This document shows, one piece after another, positions 11,897 to 24,430 of a DNA stretch of 64,000 nucleotides (position 1 is the stretch's first letter; each line of letters begins with the position of its first letter). The notes under the pieces were generated by a model, which was not told the DNA's origin, made no database searches, and worked only from the letters and a program-made list of their open reading frames with translations. The position numbers were made by a program, and so were the translations under genes. This DNA is from Lepidodermella squamata (taxonomy: Eukaryota > Animalia > Gastrotricha), in assembly GCA_047495785.1 (NCBI GenBank), contig JBLDXI010000034.1, positions 868,001 to 932,000 on the forward strand, given 5' to 3'.

Positions 11897-14194
11897 ATGC
11901 TCCTATATTTGATGCTGCTCTCAACAGCTCTGCTGGAAAGCGAAAGCCTCCAGAAAGTGTCGACCCTTCAAATGCTCGCGCTTCTCCCAATCTCGCGAAC
12001 CGAACCACTCGGCGGGCAAATTTGCACCGCTGCAATGCAGGTCGCAGTCGATGAGGCCAACAAACGCCCAGACATCCTTCCCCGCTACAAAATCGACGTA
12101 AGCTACCGCGATGAAGGCACAATAGGCAGCAGAACCCCTTCCGCCTTTCTAGAGTTCGTCAACCAAGCAACTAACCCTATCGCACCAGTTGTTGTAGGAC
12201 CTTCAAATGCTTGCGAGAATCTGTCGAAACTTGCCTCGAACTTCGGAATGATCCATGTCTCACAAAACTGCGGCGGGGCTCTCTTCACGAATAACAGGGC
12301 AAATTTTCAGAATCTATACAGAATTCGAGCCCCTAGCGTCTTCGGAATCGCAGCGGCAATTTTTGGGAAGTTTACGGGAAAATGGCGCGAAATCGGGATT
12401 CTATTCACGATTTCAAACCCGGAATACACGGTTTCAATCACAATTCTTAGAGCAGCTCAAGCTTTGGGTATGCAAGTCCCGATGTTCCTAGGAATCACCG
12501 ATTTCGATGACCAGCTTTTTCAATCGATTGCTAATGGCAGGGCGAGAATTTTTGTCATAACGTTCAGCGAAGCTAGGGTGCTTCAATTCCTATGCATGGC
12601 CTACAGCTACAACATCCGAGCCCCGAAATTTGTTTTCATCATGAACGCGAATTCCTTCTTTAATCCTTTCGTTCCAGGTTACATTTTGCCTAAGGTATGT
12701 ACGCGGCAAATTGTTGAGCAGCAGATTAAGGGCGCGTTTTGGGGCGGATCTTTCGCGTATGCTGTTCATAATAACGGGCAATCGACCCTGGGCTATGATT
12801 TGGTCGAATTCGAAGCTAAGCTCGATCAAGTTTTAGCTAGGGCGAACTTATCGCGACCCCCCGATGACGTAAGACGGCACCAATGCCACGACGCTATGCT
12901 TCACGCTCTAATGACTCTAGATTCAGTTGAAAAATCACTGAATTCTCGAAATTCGACGATTATCGATTTTCGAAGCCAGCCGACGAAATTGATGCCTCTG
13001 ATCAACGAAATGGCGACGAAAATCGATATAATTGGGGTTAGGATAGGTCGTATAACCTATTCCAGCCGGGTTGAACTCGACTCTGAAACTTCATTGATTG
13101 GCCAAATCGTGAATGGAGAGTTGAAAATCAACCTTAAAATAAATTTAACAACCCTGCAATCGGAACCTACCGAAGCTACGTCTTACTCGGCTTTTGTCCA
13201 TAATGAGGTCATTTGGTCGACCAAATTCGGCAATCCACCTAAAGATTTGTCTGAGGTGTTTCATATCATTGAAACAGTACCTAAAAGCTTCATGCCTTTT
13301 ACTATAGCGATGTCTGCGCTTTTCGTCCTAATTCTTATTCCAATTACCTTTATGGGCTTGAAGCTTCATCCTGATTCGTATGAGAGGCTGATTCATCCAG
13401 CTAATTTCTCGCTGATATTTTTCTGCGTGATAAGTTGCATTTCATCGATTTTATTCTCGAGCGGTGAATTTTTCGAAAATTGCATCGCTCGAGTTATCTT
13501 CGTCACGCTTGGAATAACAGGAATAAATGGTCTAATTTTGTCGAAGATGGTCGCCTTAATCGCGGCGATTCGGCATTTAAAAAGCAGAAATTACGTTAAT
13601 TTAATCAAAGAAATCAGAAAAATTAAGCCGCTAAAATTGCTAACAATCGCTAATTTTGCGGCTTTAATTCCGATTTTTCTCGTAATTTTGATTTGGTTAG
13701 CTGTGATTGATACGCCCTATTTGGTTACTTTGACTTCGAACGTGGAATTCGACGAAATTTCCGATTTTTACTACGACATCTCTGTTACGGAATGTAGTTC
13801 AAAGTATCAAACTGCTTGGGTTGTTTCGATAGCTAGTTTCAACTGTTTGCTCCTGGTTGCTTCGATTTTTCTGGCCTTCGATGTTCAGAAATCGAAACCA
13901 CTCGCGTTTTTCAGCCTCGAATTTAAAATGCTGAAAATTGGAATGATTAATGCTTTGACAATTATGATGCTGGTTCTAGTTTTGGTTGTTATTCCGAAAG
14001 GTTTCGAATTCAGAGTTGGAACTTGGGCGTTTGGAATTTTGATTTTCAGCATTACGAACGCGGCAATAATTCTGGCACCGGTTTTATTGAAGCGGAACAA
14101 TTCTGGAACAATTGCTAAAAATCAACCGGTAACTAGTGTTGCTACAGGTGGACAAAATGATAATGCTGGATCAATGTATCGTAATTCTCATTAA
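11897..14194 (+). CDS. Intronless class C GPCR, GABA-B-like (Venus flytrap domain + 7TM, no Cys-rich domain)
   Basis: 765 aa: signal peptide, AMQVAVDEANKRPDILPRYKI (ANF-receptor-type domain), GRARIFV, seven hydrophobic helices, and ECL2 ..VTECSSKYQTAW. AATAAA follows the stop. Confidence 0.9.
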   Translation: MLLYLMLLSTALLESESLQKVSTLQMLALLPISRTEPLGGQICTAAMQVAVDEANKRPDILPRYKIDVSYRDEGTIGSRTPSAFLEFVNQATNPIAPVVVGPSNACENLSKLASNFGMIHVSQNCGGALFTNNRANFQNLYRIRAPSVFGIAAAIFGKFTGKWREIGILFTISNPEYTVSITILRAAQALGMQVPMFLGITDFDDQLFQSIANGRARIFVITFSEARVLQFLCMAYSYNIRAPKFVFIMNANSFFNPFVPGYILPKVCTRQIVEQQIKGAFWGGSFAYAVHNNGQSTLGYDLVEFEAKLDQVLARANLSRPPDDVRRHQCHDAMLHALMTLDSVEKSLNSRNSTIIDFRSQPTKLMPLINEMATKIDIIGVRIGRITYSSRVELDSETSLIGQIVNGELKINLKINLTTLQSEPTEATSYSAFVHNEVIWSTKFGNPPKDLSEVFHIIETVPKSFMPFTIAMSALFVLILIPITFMGLKLHPDSYERLIHPANFSLIFFCVISCISSILFSSGEFFENCIARVIFVTLGITGINGLILSKMVALIAAIRHLKSRNYVNLIKEIRKIKPLKLLTIANFAALIPIFLVILIWLAVIDTPYLVTLTSNVEFDEISDFYYDISVTECSSKYQTAWVVSIASFNCLLLVASIFLAFDVQKSKPLAFFSLEFKMLKIGMINALTIMMLVLVLVVIPKGFEFRVGTWAFGILIFSITNAAIILAPVLLKRNNSGTIAKNQPVTSVATGGQNDNAGSMYRNSH

Positions 14195-14406
14195 ATTGAA
14201 ATAATGCTAGAAATAAAGTAAATAAATGTGTAAAAATGCATCTTAATTTTCGGAAGTGCGGAAATTTTCGAGAACTTTTCGACACGCGCCCTTCACTATA
14301 AATTCATTCATAAAAAATATTGGAAAAATACTCGAACCTTATTTTATGGAGAAAATCTCAATTAAAGCTTGAATTCATATTTTCGTAATATTATTATTTT
14401 TTCAAA

Positions 14407-17061
14407 ATGAAGAGGCGAGAGAGGAAGCAGCTAATCACTACATTATGTTTCCTAACCTCATCAATGTGGCTGATAATTTTGGTCGATGAACAACTTAGTG
14501 GACCAATCAATAGCAATCACGAAATTCCGAATCACTTCGAATCGAAATCCATGTTTTGGCATCAATTTCTTGACACAGCAAGCAGGGTGATCAATGGCGG
14601 CCCAACGAATTCGAAGCTGATAGGTCCAGCTATCGACCCGTACCAAGCTTATGATAGAGAATGCGGGGAATTTTCGAAATCCCATGAAAATTGCAGTGAG
14701 GTTGTTGATGAGAAAATTCGAGATCGGCTTTGGCACGGTTTGAATTTCAATCGCAGTGAAATTATCGATTTGAGCCGAGTTCTATTGGTGGTCTATTTCA
14801 ATGACCCGCATTATGTCTCGGCCGCTAAAGTTTACGCACTCTATTCAAAGTAATTCTAGCGCAAATTAATTAATCAACTGAAAAAATTGAGAATTTTAAA
14901 CTTTCATAATTTTTGAAAATTTTGAAATTCTAATTTAAAATTTAAAATTGAATTTAAAAACTTGAAATTTTGTTTTTGAAAATTTCAATTTCAGTCATTA
15001 AAATTTTTAAAAATTTTTGGTGAAAGCTTAATTTAAACATATTTAATTTTTAATTTAAACAGATTTACATTTTTTTGTTTTTTGTTATTTCAGAATTTTT
15101 CCCGAAATTATGTATTGCGCTCCCGTCAAAAATGCGTCCTCATTTTGGCCAACTTGGCCTACAACCCAAGCCGATAATGACTTGGTCTCGCTACCTAGCG
15201 ATACTAAATTCGTCCTATACGATTTGCCAACTTTGGACCACGGCCAAGGCTCTTATCACTGCATCGAAGCCGCTTTGCAAGAATTGGGCGATGAGCGAGC
15301 GGCGAAATTCGATGGCATATTGCTGCTGGCTGATGACGTTATTTTGAACGTGTTCAATTGGAAGAAGAACGGATTTTCGATCGATAAATCATGGGCGATG
15401 CTGCCGCGTATCAATGATCGATTTGCCTACAATGTTGACACGGTATAAAATGATAAACAAATTTTTTCATTTCATGAATTTTCAAAATTCAATTTAAAAA
15501 GTTGAAGTTTCAAAATTTCAAATTTTTTCAAATTGTTCCCAATTTTTATTGAATTTTTTATTGTTACCAATTTTAGGGAGATTATTGCGGTGGTTCATCC
15601 GGCAATGATACGGCGGATTGTCAAAAATCTGAATGGTGGTTTTCAAGTGTGAATCAAAAAGAAATGGCTGCTTTCTACAACGAGGTCGAACAGCTAGCTA
15701 ATAAAGGAGACAATAAACCATTTTGGCAACGAATTCTCAACAATTTAATTCGGGAAATGAAGGGCAAACGGCGCTTGACGAGTGGCGGCGGTGAATTTGT
15801 CTACGCGGCAAGGAGACATTGGCCATTATTGAGACCAGTTTTCAAATTATTCAACAAGTGAGCAATTTTTTCAAAATTTGAAAAATTCAAAAATGAGTTT
15901 TTGAAATTCAAAATTGAAAAATATATTTAAAAAAATTTTAATTGTATAATTTAAAATTTTGCAAGGCACAAAATCTGGTTCGAAATGGCGGTTCCATCGT
16001 GTTTCGCAGCCGCACTTGACCCGTCCGAGGTAATTAACCTTGACCTGAGCGGTCAAGATTGGTGGCGCGGTTTTATTCGCGATAAATACGTGCGAGACGC
16101 TTATTTAGCCCGGTACCAGTTTATCCACCCTGTGAAGCTGAGCTCAGTCTTCCAAGAACACCATTCGAAGTACAACCTGGACATGTCGACTGTCAAGAAA
16201 AATTCGTCAAATGTCGAACGGCTCATTAAGGTGGATCCAACGAAAAATTGCGTGTTCTGCTATTTAATGCATTTATATCGAAATTACGGCGAATTTCAAC
16301 GGAAAATTGCGAGAGAAATCGACCCGAAGATCAAAGTCCTATTCCTTGGCAACCGAAATGAAGCGACTGATTATTTAATGGAAATTTTCGAAAATTTCCC
16401 TGGCAAAGTTTTCGACCTAAAAATCAATCATTTCAGTATTGAAAATATCGGCAAAATTCTAAATTGCCAAATCGATAATTTCCCGATCGATTTCCTGCTC
16501 AATTCGAGAATCAATCAAAGCCTCGAATTTTCAAGGTGTCTCGACGCGAAAATTGTGTCTCCCGAGCAGTGTGTCCCACATTTGACCTCGTCGTGCCGAA
16601 ATGCGAAATTAGTGTCCGTTTCTGGGTCAAATGTGACTACAACAGCCTTAGCAGTAATATTGTCGAAAAATCCCGACCTTCGAGTAGCCCTAACGCTGGC
16701 TGATCCTGTTGAACATGTTTTCAAGGTCAAATCTAATGGTGGGAAATTTGACCTAGAAAAAGACACTAGGAAATTGTGCGCGAAGCAAGCTGCGGATTTG
16801 AGAGAAATTTCGCGAATTATGCCCCGGAAACAATTTCTCGCGATTTCTATGGAAAATTTGAGGAACAAGCCGTGGGAAACTGCGTTTGGTCTTCTTCAAT
16901 TTCTAGGCGTCCAGCAGTTAAAATTGGCGAAAATTGCGAGTAAATGGCTGAATAATTTACCGATGAATCTGTTCAAGAGCGATAATTACGGCTTTGAAGG
17001 CGCTGAAATAGTTCGAAAAGCTTGCTGGAAAACAGGAATTTACGATATTGTGAACCTATGA
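14407..17061 (+). CDS. Type II membrane STELLO/DUF288-like glycosyltransferase fused to a degenerate sulfotransferase domain (copy 1)
   Basis: Exons 14407-14849, 15094-15442, 15577-15857, 15966-17061. N-terminal TM, then VLLVVYFNDPHY, GILLLADDVILN and FIHPVKLS, then LTLADP ... ISMENLRNKPWETAFGLLQFLG. Confidence 0.75.
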
Positions 17062-17155
17062 ATCAATAAATCAAAAAAAATTGCTCATTTTTTCACGACA
17101 AAGCGTGCCGTAATTTTTCAGTTATTTTTCCTAATTTTTCGATAATTTAGGAATA

Positions 17156-20129
17156 ATGATGCGAGGTCGTAATAGCATTAAAAAGTTATTATTTTTCGTA
17201 ATTTTGCTGTTAATAAGCTGTTCTATTATTGACCACTACATCGACGCGGAAAATTCGACTGATTACTACGATTTTTCGCTAAATTCCGGCTCCAATCAAC
17301 CGTGGCGTAGTCGATTGCTGGAAGCTCTCCGTCTTCAAGAAACAGCTGCCCAGAGAAGCAACGATCCTTTCACGGTCTACACAGCCGAGTGTGAGAAATA
17401 TTTTGAAAAATCTGAAAATTGCACGGATGTTATCAACGCGTATATTGCGAATGGAACATGGCATGGTTATCAGTTCAAGGCTGAGAAAAATGGTGGGGAT
17501 TTTATGGATTTGAGCAATGTTTTGCTGGTGATTTACTTCAATGATCCTCATTACGTATCGGCTGCTAAGGTTTACGCACTTTATTCAAGGTAAAAATATA
17601 AATAATTCAGTTTGAAATTTTTGAAATTGCAAAAAAATTGAAATTTTCTTCATCTTGGCGATGAATTTTGAAAAAAATGTTAATTTCAATTTCAATTTTT
17701 CAAAAATTTAAATGCGAATTTTCTTGAGCAGACAGTAATCCTAATTAAATTACGTGTCAAAGATTTCACTCGATTTTTTGAAATTTTTGAAATTTTCGGA
17801 TTTATTTTCTCAGCATTAAGAATTTTCTTAGAGATAAAATCTCGAAAGTTATTTCACATTTCATATATTCATATGGAAGGTTCAAAATTCTTCAATTTTG
17901 ATCCTGAATGAATTTCCAATTTTTTGTTTCAATTTTCCAATTTTTGTTTTATTTTTCAGAATTTTTGCGGACGTTATCTATTGTGGTCCTGAGACAAATG
18001 CATCGAATTTCTGGCCGACTTGGCCTTCAACTCGTAAAAACAATTCCTACGTCTCAATACCAGGTCACATCCCGTACGTCCTCTACGACATTCCTTACCT
18101 CGACCAGGGCCAAGGGTCATTCATCTGCGTCGACGCGGCTTTGAATGAAATCGGCGAGGATAAGGCTCAAAAATACGATGGTGTTCTACTGTTAGCTGAT
18201 GATGTGATAATTAACGTATTTAATTGGCGGAAAAATCAGTTTGATGTCAAGAAATCATGGTCCATGAAGCAACCCATGTGGAACCGCCCGATATACGACG
18301 TTGATTACGTAAGAAAATTCGACTGCCCTAAAATTCCTGATAATATTCAAAATTTGTGAAATTCCGAATTTTAAATTTTTCAATCGGAACTTTTAAAATT
18401 TCAATTTTTCAAAATGTTTATAGGGCTCTGATTGCAACAAAGCGGAGACTGGTAATAATACCGCTGATTGTGGCACTACGCCCTCAGAATGGTCGTTTCC
18501 AGCCCGAACTCAGCGAGAAATGAGCTCGTTTTGGAATGAACTCGACCAGCTTTCAGCAACCTCAAGCTATTGGAAGCGGATGAGGGAGAATTTGGTGAAT
18601 CAAACGAAAGGCGAACGGCGCCTATGCACTGGAGGTGGCGAAATTTTCTACGCTTCGAAGCGGCACTGGAACGTTCTGAGACCCGTTTGGAGATTGCTTA
18701 ACAAGTAAAAGCCATAATCTCTAGTTCATAAAAACAATATCAAGAATTTTGAAAATTTGAAATTTGAAATTTTCTTGGAATTTTGACATTTAATTTTAAT
18801 TACGGAATTTAATTTTTGCAGCCATTTTAAACTTTTTTGAAATTTTATATTTTGAATTGAAAAAAATTGAAATTTTGGAATTTTTTGAAATTCGAATTTA
18901 AATTATAGTAGAGAATTTTGAATATAAAATTATTCCTCCCTAATTTTCCTAGACATCACATTTGGTTCGAACTAGCTGCAGGATCCTCTATGGCAGCCGC
19001 TGTACCCGAGGAAGAACACATCAGTCTGAGCTTGGCCGGGCAAGACTGGTGGGTTGGCTTCATCCGCGACAAATACCTCCGCGATTCTTACCTAGCCTCC
19101 TACCAATACATCCACCCTGTGAAGCTAAGCACAGTTTTCCAAGAACGCCACGTTAACTACAACCTAGACATGTCGACAATCAAGAAAAATTCTTCCAATG
19201 TCGGCCGGTTAATTAAGGTGGATCCAACGAAAAATTGCGTGTTTTGCTATTTATTGAAAATTTACGGAAATTACGCAGATTTTCAAAACGAGCAAACAAA
19301 AATTACTAGAGCGCAAAATTTGAAGGCGACCAAATTGCTGATCACCGGCCTCGAAAATAGTGGAGTCGAAATGTTGGGTAATTTTTTCAATAATTATTTG
19401 AAAAATACCTTCTACCTCGAGCGGGTTCTCGATTCTGCTAATTCAAGCATGACGGCGCAAAATCGGTCACGGTTGCTTGAAGCATCATTTTCGTGCCAAT
19501 TTCAATATCAACCCTATTCGATGCTACGTCACGAAAATCTCCAGCGAAGCAAATCAGCGGTACAATTCTCAGAGTGTCTAAAATCATTCGAGCGTGACCC
19601 TGAGCCATGCTGGCCGTATTTGAACTCGGAGTGCCGATCGGCTCATCTGATCGCGATCAGCGAAATCGAAGTTGAGAAATCGATTTTAGACACCCTGTTG
19701 CCGAAGCGGAAAAAAGTTGGAGTAATTCACATTTTGCGTGACCCTAGAGGTCAAATCGCTGACCTCATGACCCCTGGAGACGGGTTAAAAGGTCACGCGG
19801 AGAAAGTTTGTTCAAAAATGGCGAGAAATTCGCATGATTTCGGAAAATTGCCGAAAAATCGATTGTTATCGATTCGAATCGAAGATTTGGTCGATAAACC
19901 ACATAAAGTGATTGGAAATATTTTGGATTATTTTAAACACCCTAAACCATCGAAGAAGGTGATTGGTCGGTGGGTTGAGGATGAAGTTCAGTCTAAAACA
20001 ACCTTCGGCCGTGAAAGTTGGAAGAAAACTTTAAGTCTTGATCAAATTGAAGAAATTGATAAAATTTGTTCTGAAACAGGATTTTTTGAACTAGTGAAAA
20101 ATCTCTATGAACCTTTTACGAATAAATGA
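17156..20129 (+). CDS. STELLO/DUF288-like glycosyltransferase + sulfotransferase-like domain (copy 2)
   Basis: Four exons (~17156-17589, ~17960-18308, ~18424-18704, ~18952-20129) with the same motifs. The C-terminal domain has IHILRDPRG and IRIEDLVDKP..VIGNILDYF. Confidence 0.8.
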
Positions 20130-20179
20130 GGTTGAATCCAATTTTCCTGATTTTATTTTATAATTTTACGATTTTATGA

Positions 20180-21686
20180 ATGCGATCAAGGGCGAATCGG
20201 AAAATTGTGATAGCAACAACATTTTTGCTAATTTTTTCATATTTATTAGCAACCTTGATTTTTTGTGACTCGAATCGAAACTTGGATAATTATTTTCCCG
20301 CTGATCTAATTGATTATGATGAAGATGATGTCGATCCTCATTCGATTTATCTCAGCGAATGCGACAGCTATATGGAAGAAAGGCCCAATTGTTCTCAAGT
20401 GATCGATGAGAAAATTCGGAACAAAATTTCGATTTTGGAACAGATCAGAAATTATCAGATGAATTGGTTGATTTGCGGAGGATTCTCCTAATCGTCTATT
20501 TTAATGATCCTCACTTCGCCTCGGCAGCCAAAGTCTACGCACTCTACTCCAGGTAAATTTTAAATTAATTTTTCAATTAAAAAAAAATTCTTATCAAAAA
20601 TCTGAAATTTTTTGAATTCTTGTGAATTTTCTATTTTATCTGATTTTTTTTCTAATTTTTCCAGAATTTTTGGAGAAATAATTTTTTGCGCGCCTGGTAC
20701 GAATTCATCCCAATTTTGGCCAATTTGGCCGTCGACTCGTGAGAAAAATCGACTGGTCTCTCTACCTAGCCTGGAGTAGAGTTCGCTTCGTGCTATTCGA
20801 CGTATCAACCCTAGACCACGGCCAGGGTTCCTACTACTGCTTGGAATCCGCCCTAAACGAGATAGGACTCGAACAGGCCATGGCAAAGTTCGATGGAGTA
20901 CTTCAAATGGCTGATGACGTAACGATAAATGTGTTCAATTGGAAGCGCAATGGCTTTGATTAAGACAAATCCTGGACTACAGCTCGTCCCAAGGACAGTC
21001 GATTGTCTTTCAGTGCCGATACTGTGAGATATTAACAAAATTTGATATCAATATTTTTAAATTTTACAAATATTATTCTAAAGTTTTAAATTCAGCTTTC
21101 AAAATTTAAATTTCTCGAAAATGTGTTTGGATGATTTTTTTAGCCTCTTCAATATTATTGGAGTTATTGGATAGAGTCTAATTTTTACAATTTTATAAAT
21201 TTCACGTTGGATTAATTTAGATTTTTTTATTGACAAGGGTTCAGATTGTCCTGGAACCACAGGCAATAACACTATCGACTGTAAAATCGATCGTTTTTTG
21301 TTTCTCCAAGGCATGGCATTTGGTTTGAAACAGCAGTTTCAACGAGTATGGTTGTTGCAGTTCCGGAAACTGAGCGCATTTCCTTATCACTAGACGGCAT
21401 GGATTGGGGAGCTGGGTTTATCCGCAACAAATACCTCGCCGACTCCTATGCCGCTCACTACCAGTTCATCCACCCTGTCAAGCTGAGCCAAGTCTTCCGG
21501 TATCGCCACAAAGCTTTCAATCTTAACATGTCGTCTATCGTTCGACAGTCGACGAATACCGATCGTCTTATGAAAAATGACCCGACTAAGAACTGTGTTT
21601 ATTGCTATTTGTTACGCCTTATGGGCAATTACGCGAGATTTCAACGCGAAAACTTTCCGAAAAATGAACATACTATTCGGAGTTGA
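20180..21686 (+). pseudogene. STELLO/DUF288-like copy 3, disrupted
   Basis: Frameshifts near 20425 and 20770. Most of exon 3 is deleted and fused to the exon-4 acceptor near 21300. A stop at 21686 precedes any sulfotransferase domain. Confidence 0.8.
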
Positions 21687-22684
21687 AACTACAATACAAG
21701 TAGAATTGAACTTCATAAGCTCTGGTTACTATAGCCGAGAAAACGGCTTATCCCTCGAACTTGATGGAATGCTGTTTGAAGAAAGTAAGCTGTAATTTCG
21801 AGCGTAACAGGGCGTTTTCTCATGACGATGAGATTATACCATCAAAAAACATACCGTTTTATTTATGATTTTGACTTTGAATGGTGGAGGGAGGGGGCGG
21901 AAGGCGGACGGGGGTGGAGTTTGAATCTAATTTTCAGGTCTCGAAGTCTTTGTGACGTTGAATTCCGACTGAATATTGGCAAACAAAAAACAGCCACCCA
22001 CCACCTAAAATGTCAACGTGAAGTTCTGTTGGCTTTTAATTTCAACAGACATATAACACCGAAATATTCTCAAAAACGCGGAAAAGAGCATGAATATTGT
22101 TTTTGCCGTGAGAAATTTCAGTGCTGCATGTGTCGTTGAGCATCGTATAATATCAGCCGATGGCACTACGGCGGGTTTTTAAATGTCAATACGCCATGGG
22201 CATGAGACAATCTCACCTAGTGCGCACAATTGCCTATGCAATCGATTGCCCCAATTCCTATTCTTTTTTCCTACAACCACAATTTGCATTGTCTTTTCAG
22301 TTTGTACTTCGAACAACTCCTGCGCTAATATGGCGGAGCATGTGCGAACGCTTCTGGCTGTGACACGGGATTTTAAGCATGACGACTTCCAGGTCTGAAC
22401 CATGCGCGCAGGGTTCAGTTCGGGAAGTTGAATTTTTCATGGTAAGCTAGAGGCTTTAGGCAACTAGGCATCTAGGTTAAATGGGTGACAAGGTTAACAA
22501 AACAATTCATTCTTACCCTTCAGAGAAATCAATTGTCTCTTTTGTTAACCATGAACATGATGGAAAATTCGATATAATTCGATTGAAACCTCTGGGTCCT
22601 TGCTGGAGTGTTGCTAAGGCTCAAGAAACTTCAAATCATTCTTATAGGAAAAATCATTATAAATCAAAGGCTACAGCTTCTGCA

Positions 22685-24430
22685 ATGATGGAAATACCAG
22701 CAGTGCTCCTATTCGGTGTCATGTTAATGGGAGAAATGTTAGGTTCAAATGGCACTACTGCAATCCCCGAATCAACTGCAGAAGGTTCAACAACAGCAAT
22801 GGCCGTATCGACAGTAGCTGGCTCTACAACTTTGAATGTAGCGACCACCGCTGCGCAAATCGGAACTACAACACCAAAGGCACAATCGTCCACAACTTCT
22901 AGAGCTACAACTTTGAATGTGGCGACCACTACTGCGCAAATCGGCACTACAACAACAAAGGCACAGGCGTCCACAACTTCTAGAGCAACAACTTTGAACG
23001 TCGCGACCACCGCTGCGCAAATCGGCACTACAACAACAAAGGCACAAGCGTCCACAACTTCTAGAGCTACAACTCTGAATGTTGCGACCACTACTGCGCA
23101 AATCGGAACTACAATAAAGTCCTCAATTGCAGCATCTACGAATTCATATGATAGCCCTACAACGATCGTACTAACTGAACAGGCTTCGACGATGACAGCT
23201 TCACAACTTAGTACAACATCAAAGCTCCAATCAACCTCATCTCCAAATTCGTCAAAGATAGCTAACAATTCTTTTGACAACGATCAAAGTAGTAAGAAGG
23301 AAGCATTGTCGTTAATTTCACCGAAAGGCGTGGCCAACAATCCAAAGGACGTAATTCAAGAGCTCTATCCTACTTTTCCGCCAGAACCATCAATGCCAGC
23401 AATCCTTGCGCCTGAACTGCTTGATTATTGCGATGATTTCACGTCTGAACGAATTGCTCCGCCAAACCAAGGCAACTCAACAAACATTCAAGCAGTGTTT
23501 TCAATTGATCGCATGATAGAAATGAATGATGAGAAGAAAAGTCTAACGATAAGTGGGATCTATTTGCTCCACTGGAACATTTCTACGTGCCATCTTAAAT
23601 CTACACATATTCTGAGTGTGAGGCGAAAAGAGAGGCTCTATGCCGTAGACAAATCCATAGTTTGGTGGCCTGATTCGCTATTTCAGTCAAGTTCAAATGA
23701 TATCTACATGAAAGGTGAAGGTTACGAAGATGATCTAGTTGCCCTTATGACAAGGGTTGGAAACAGCGGCTTGAATATCGAATTCTACATGACGAAACAA
23801 GGCTCGTTCTTAACAGCATGCGAGCTCGACATTTCTAAGTTTCCCTTTGATACTCAAACTTGCGATTTCACTTTCTCCCTGCAGCAATCTATGAGACTTG
23901 TTGAGTTCAATGACGTCATTTTTGTGTGCCCTGAACACGGTAACACGCAGTGGAAATTCTCTGAATGCCAAACTACAGTGGCGACGATTCGCCAATCAGG
24001 TCAAGAGGTGTTAGCTGCGACGTTTCGAGCAAAAATCAGCCGAAATTCAGGTTACTATGTTGCAAATTCAATAGGGCCCAGCTTGCTACTGGCTCTTCTC
24101 GAGCTTGCGACTTTTGTCATGCCTTCGAGCCAACCTGATCGACCCATGTTTGCTGTCACGTTGTTGCTTGCTCTGACTCTCGCGATGTCAAATGTCCTGA
24201 GCGATGTTCCTCGTACTTCACAGCGAATTTTCTTGAGTGATTACACTCTAGGCCTTACTATGATTTCGGCTATCATCACGCTCTACCATCTTTTCGCTTG
24301 TTTCCTGGCCAACAAGAAGGAGTGGAAAGCGAGTGGCCTGATGCGGAAGCTTGATCTGGCTGCTCTAGCCTTGAGCGTAGCTGCTTTTGCTGGACTTCAA
24401 GGCTTTGCTGCTAAAACGGTCGTTGGATAG
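22685..24430 (+). CDS. Intronless Cys-loop pLGIC subunit (subfamily A) with mucin-like Thr-rich N-terminal repeats
   Basis: Signal peptide MMEIPAVLLFGVMLMGEMLGS; Cys-loop CELDISKFPFDTQTC; TM region nearly identical to that of 6832-8207; very short M3-M4 loop. Confidence 0.9.
   Translation: MMEIPAVLLFGVMLMGEMLGSNGTTAIPESTAEGSTTAMAVSTVAGSTTLNVATTAAQIGTTTPKAQSSTTSRATTLNVATTTAQIGTTTTKAQASTTSRATTLNVATTAAQIGTTTTKAQASTTSRATTLNVATTTAQIGTTIKSSIAASTNSYDSPTTIVLTEQASTMTASQLSTTSKLQSTSSPNSSKIANNSFDNDQSSKKEALSLISPKGVANNPKDVIQELYPTFPPEPSMPAILAPELLDYCDDFTSERIAPPNQGNSTNIQAVFSIDRMIEMNDEKKSLTISGIYLLHWNISTCHLKSTHILSVRRKERLYAVDKSIVWWPDSLFQSSSNDIYMKGEGYEDDLVALMTRVGNSGLNIEFYMTKQGSFLTACELDISKFPFDTQTCDFTFSLQQSMRLVEFNDVIFVCPEHGNTQWKFSECQTTVATIRQSGQEVLAATFRAKISRNSGYYVANSIGPSLLLALLELATFVMPSSQPDRPMFAVTLLLALTLAMSNVLSDVPRTSQRIFLSDYTLGLTMISAIITLYHLFACFLANKKEWKASGLMRKLDLAALALSVAAFAGLQGFAAKTVVG
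22826..23115 (+). repeat. Coding minisatellite, 81-bp (27-aa) unit, ~3.5 copies
   Basis: TTLNVATTAAQIGTTTTKAQASTTSRA units start at 22826, 22907, 22988 and 23069. Confidence 0.95.

Noticed and set aside
9923-14194. Bacterial origin (HGT or contamination) of the intronless genes
   Set aside because: U-box/RING and class C GPCR domains are eukaryotic, the GPCR is followed by AATAAA, and neighbouring genes have spliceosomal introns.
22481-22684. Upstream ATG extending the pLGIC ORF to 649 aa
   Set aside because: The hydrophilic extension would bury the signal peptide that begins at 22685.
22657-23280. 207-aa Val-rich minus-strand ORF
   Set aside because: It is the antisense of the Thr-rich coding minisatellite.
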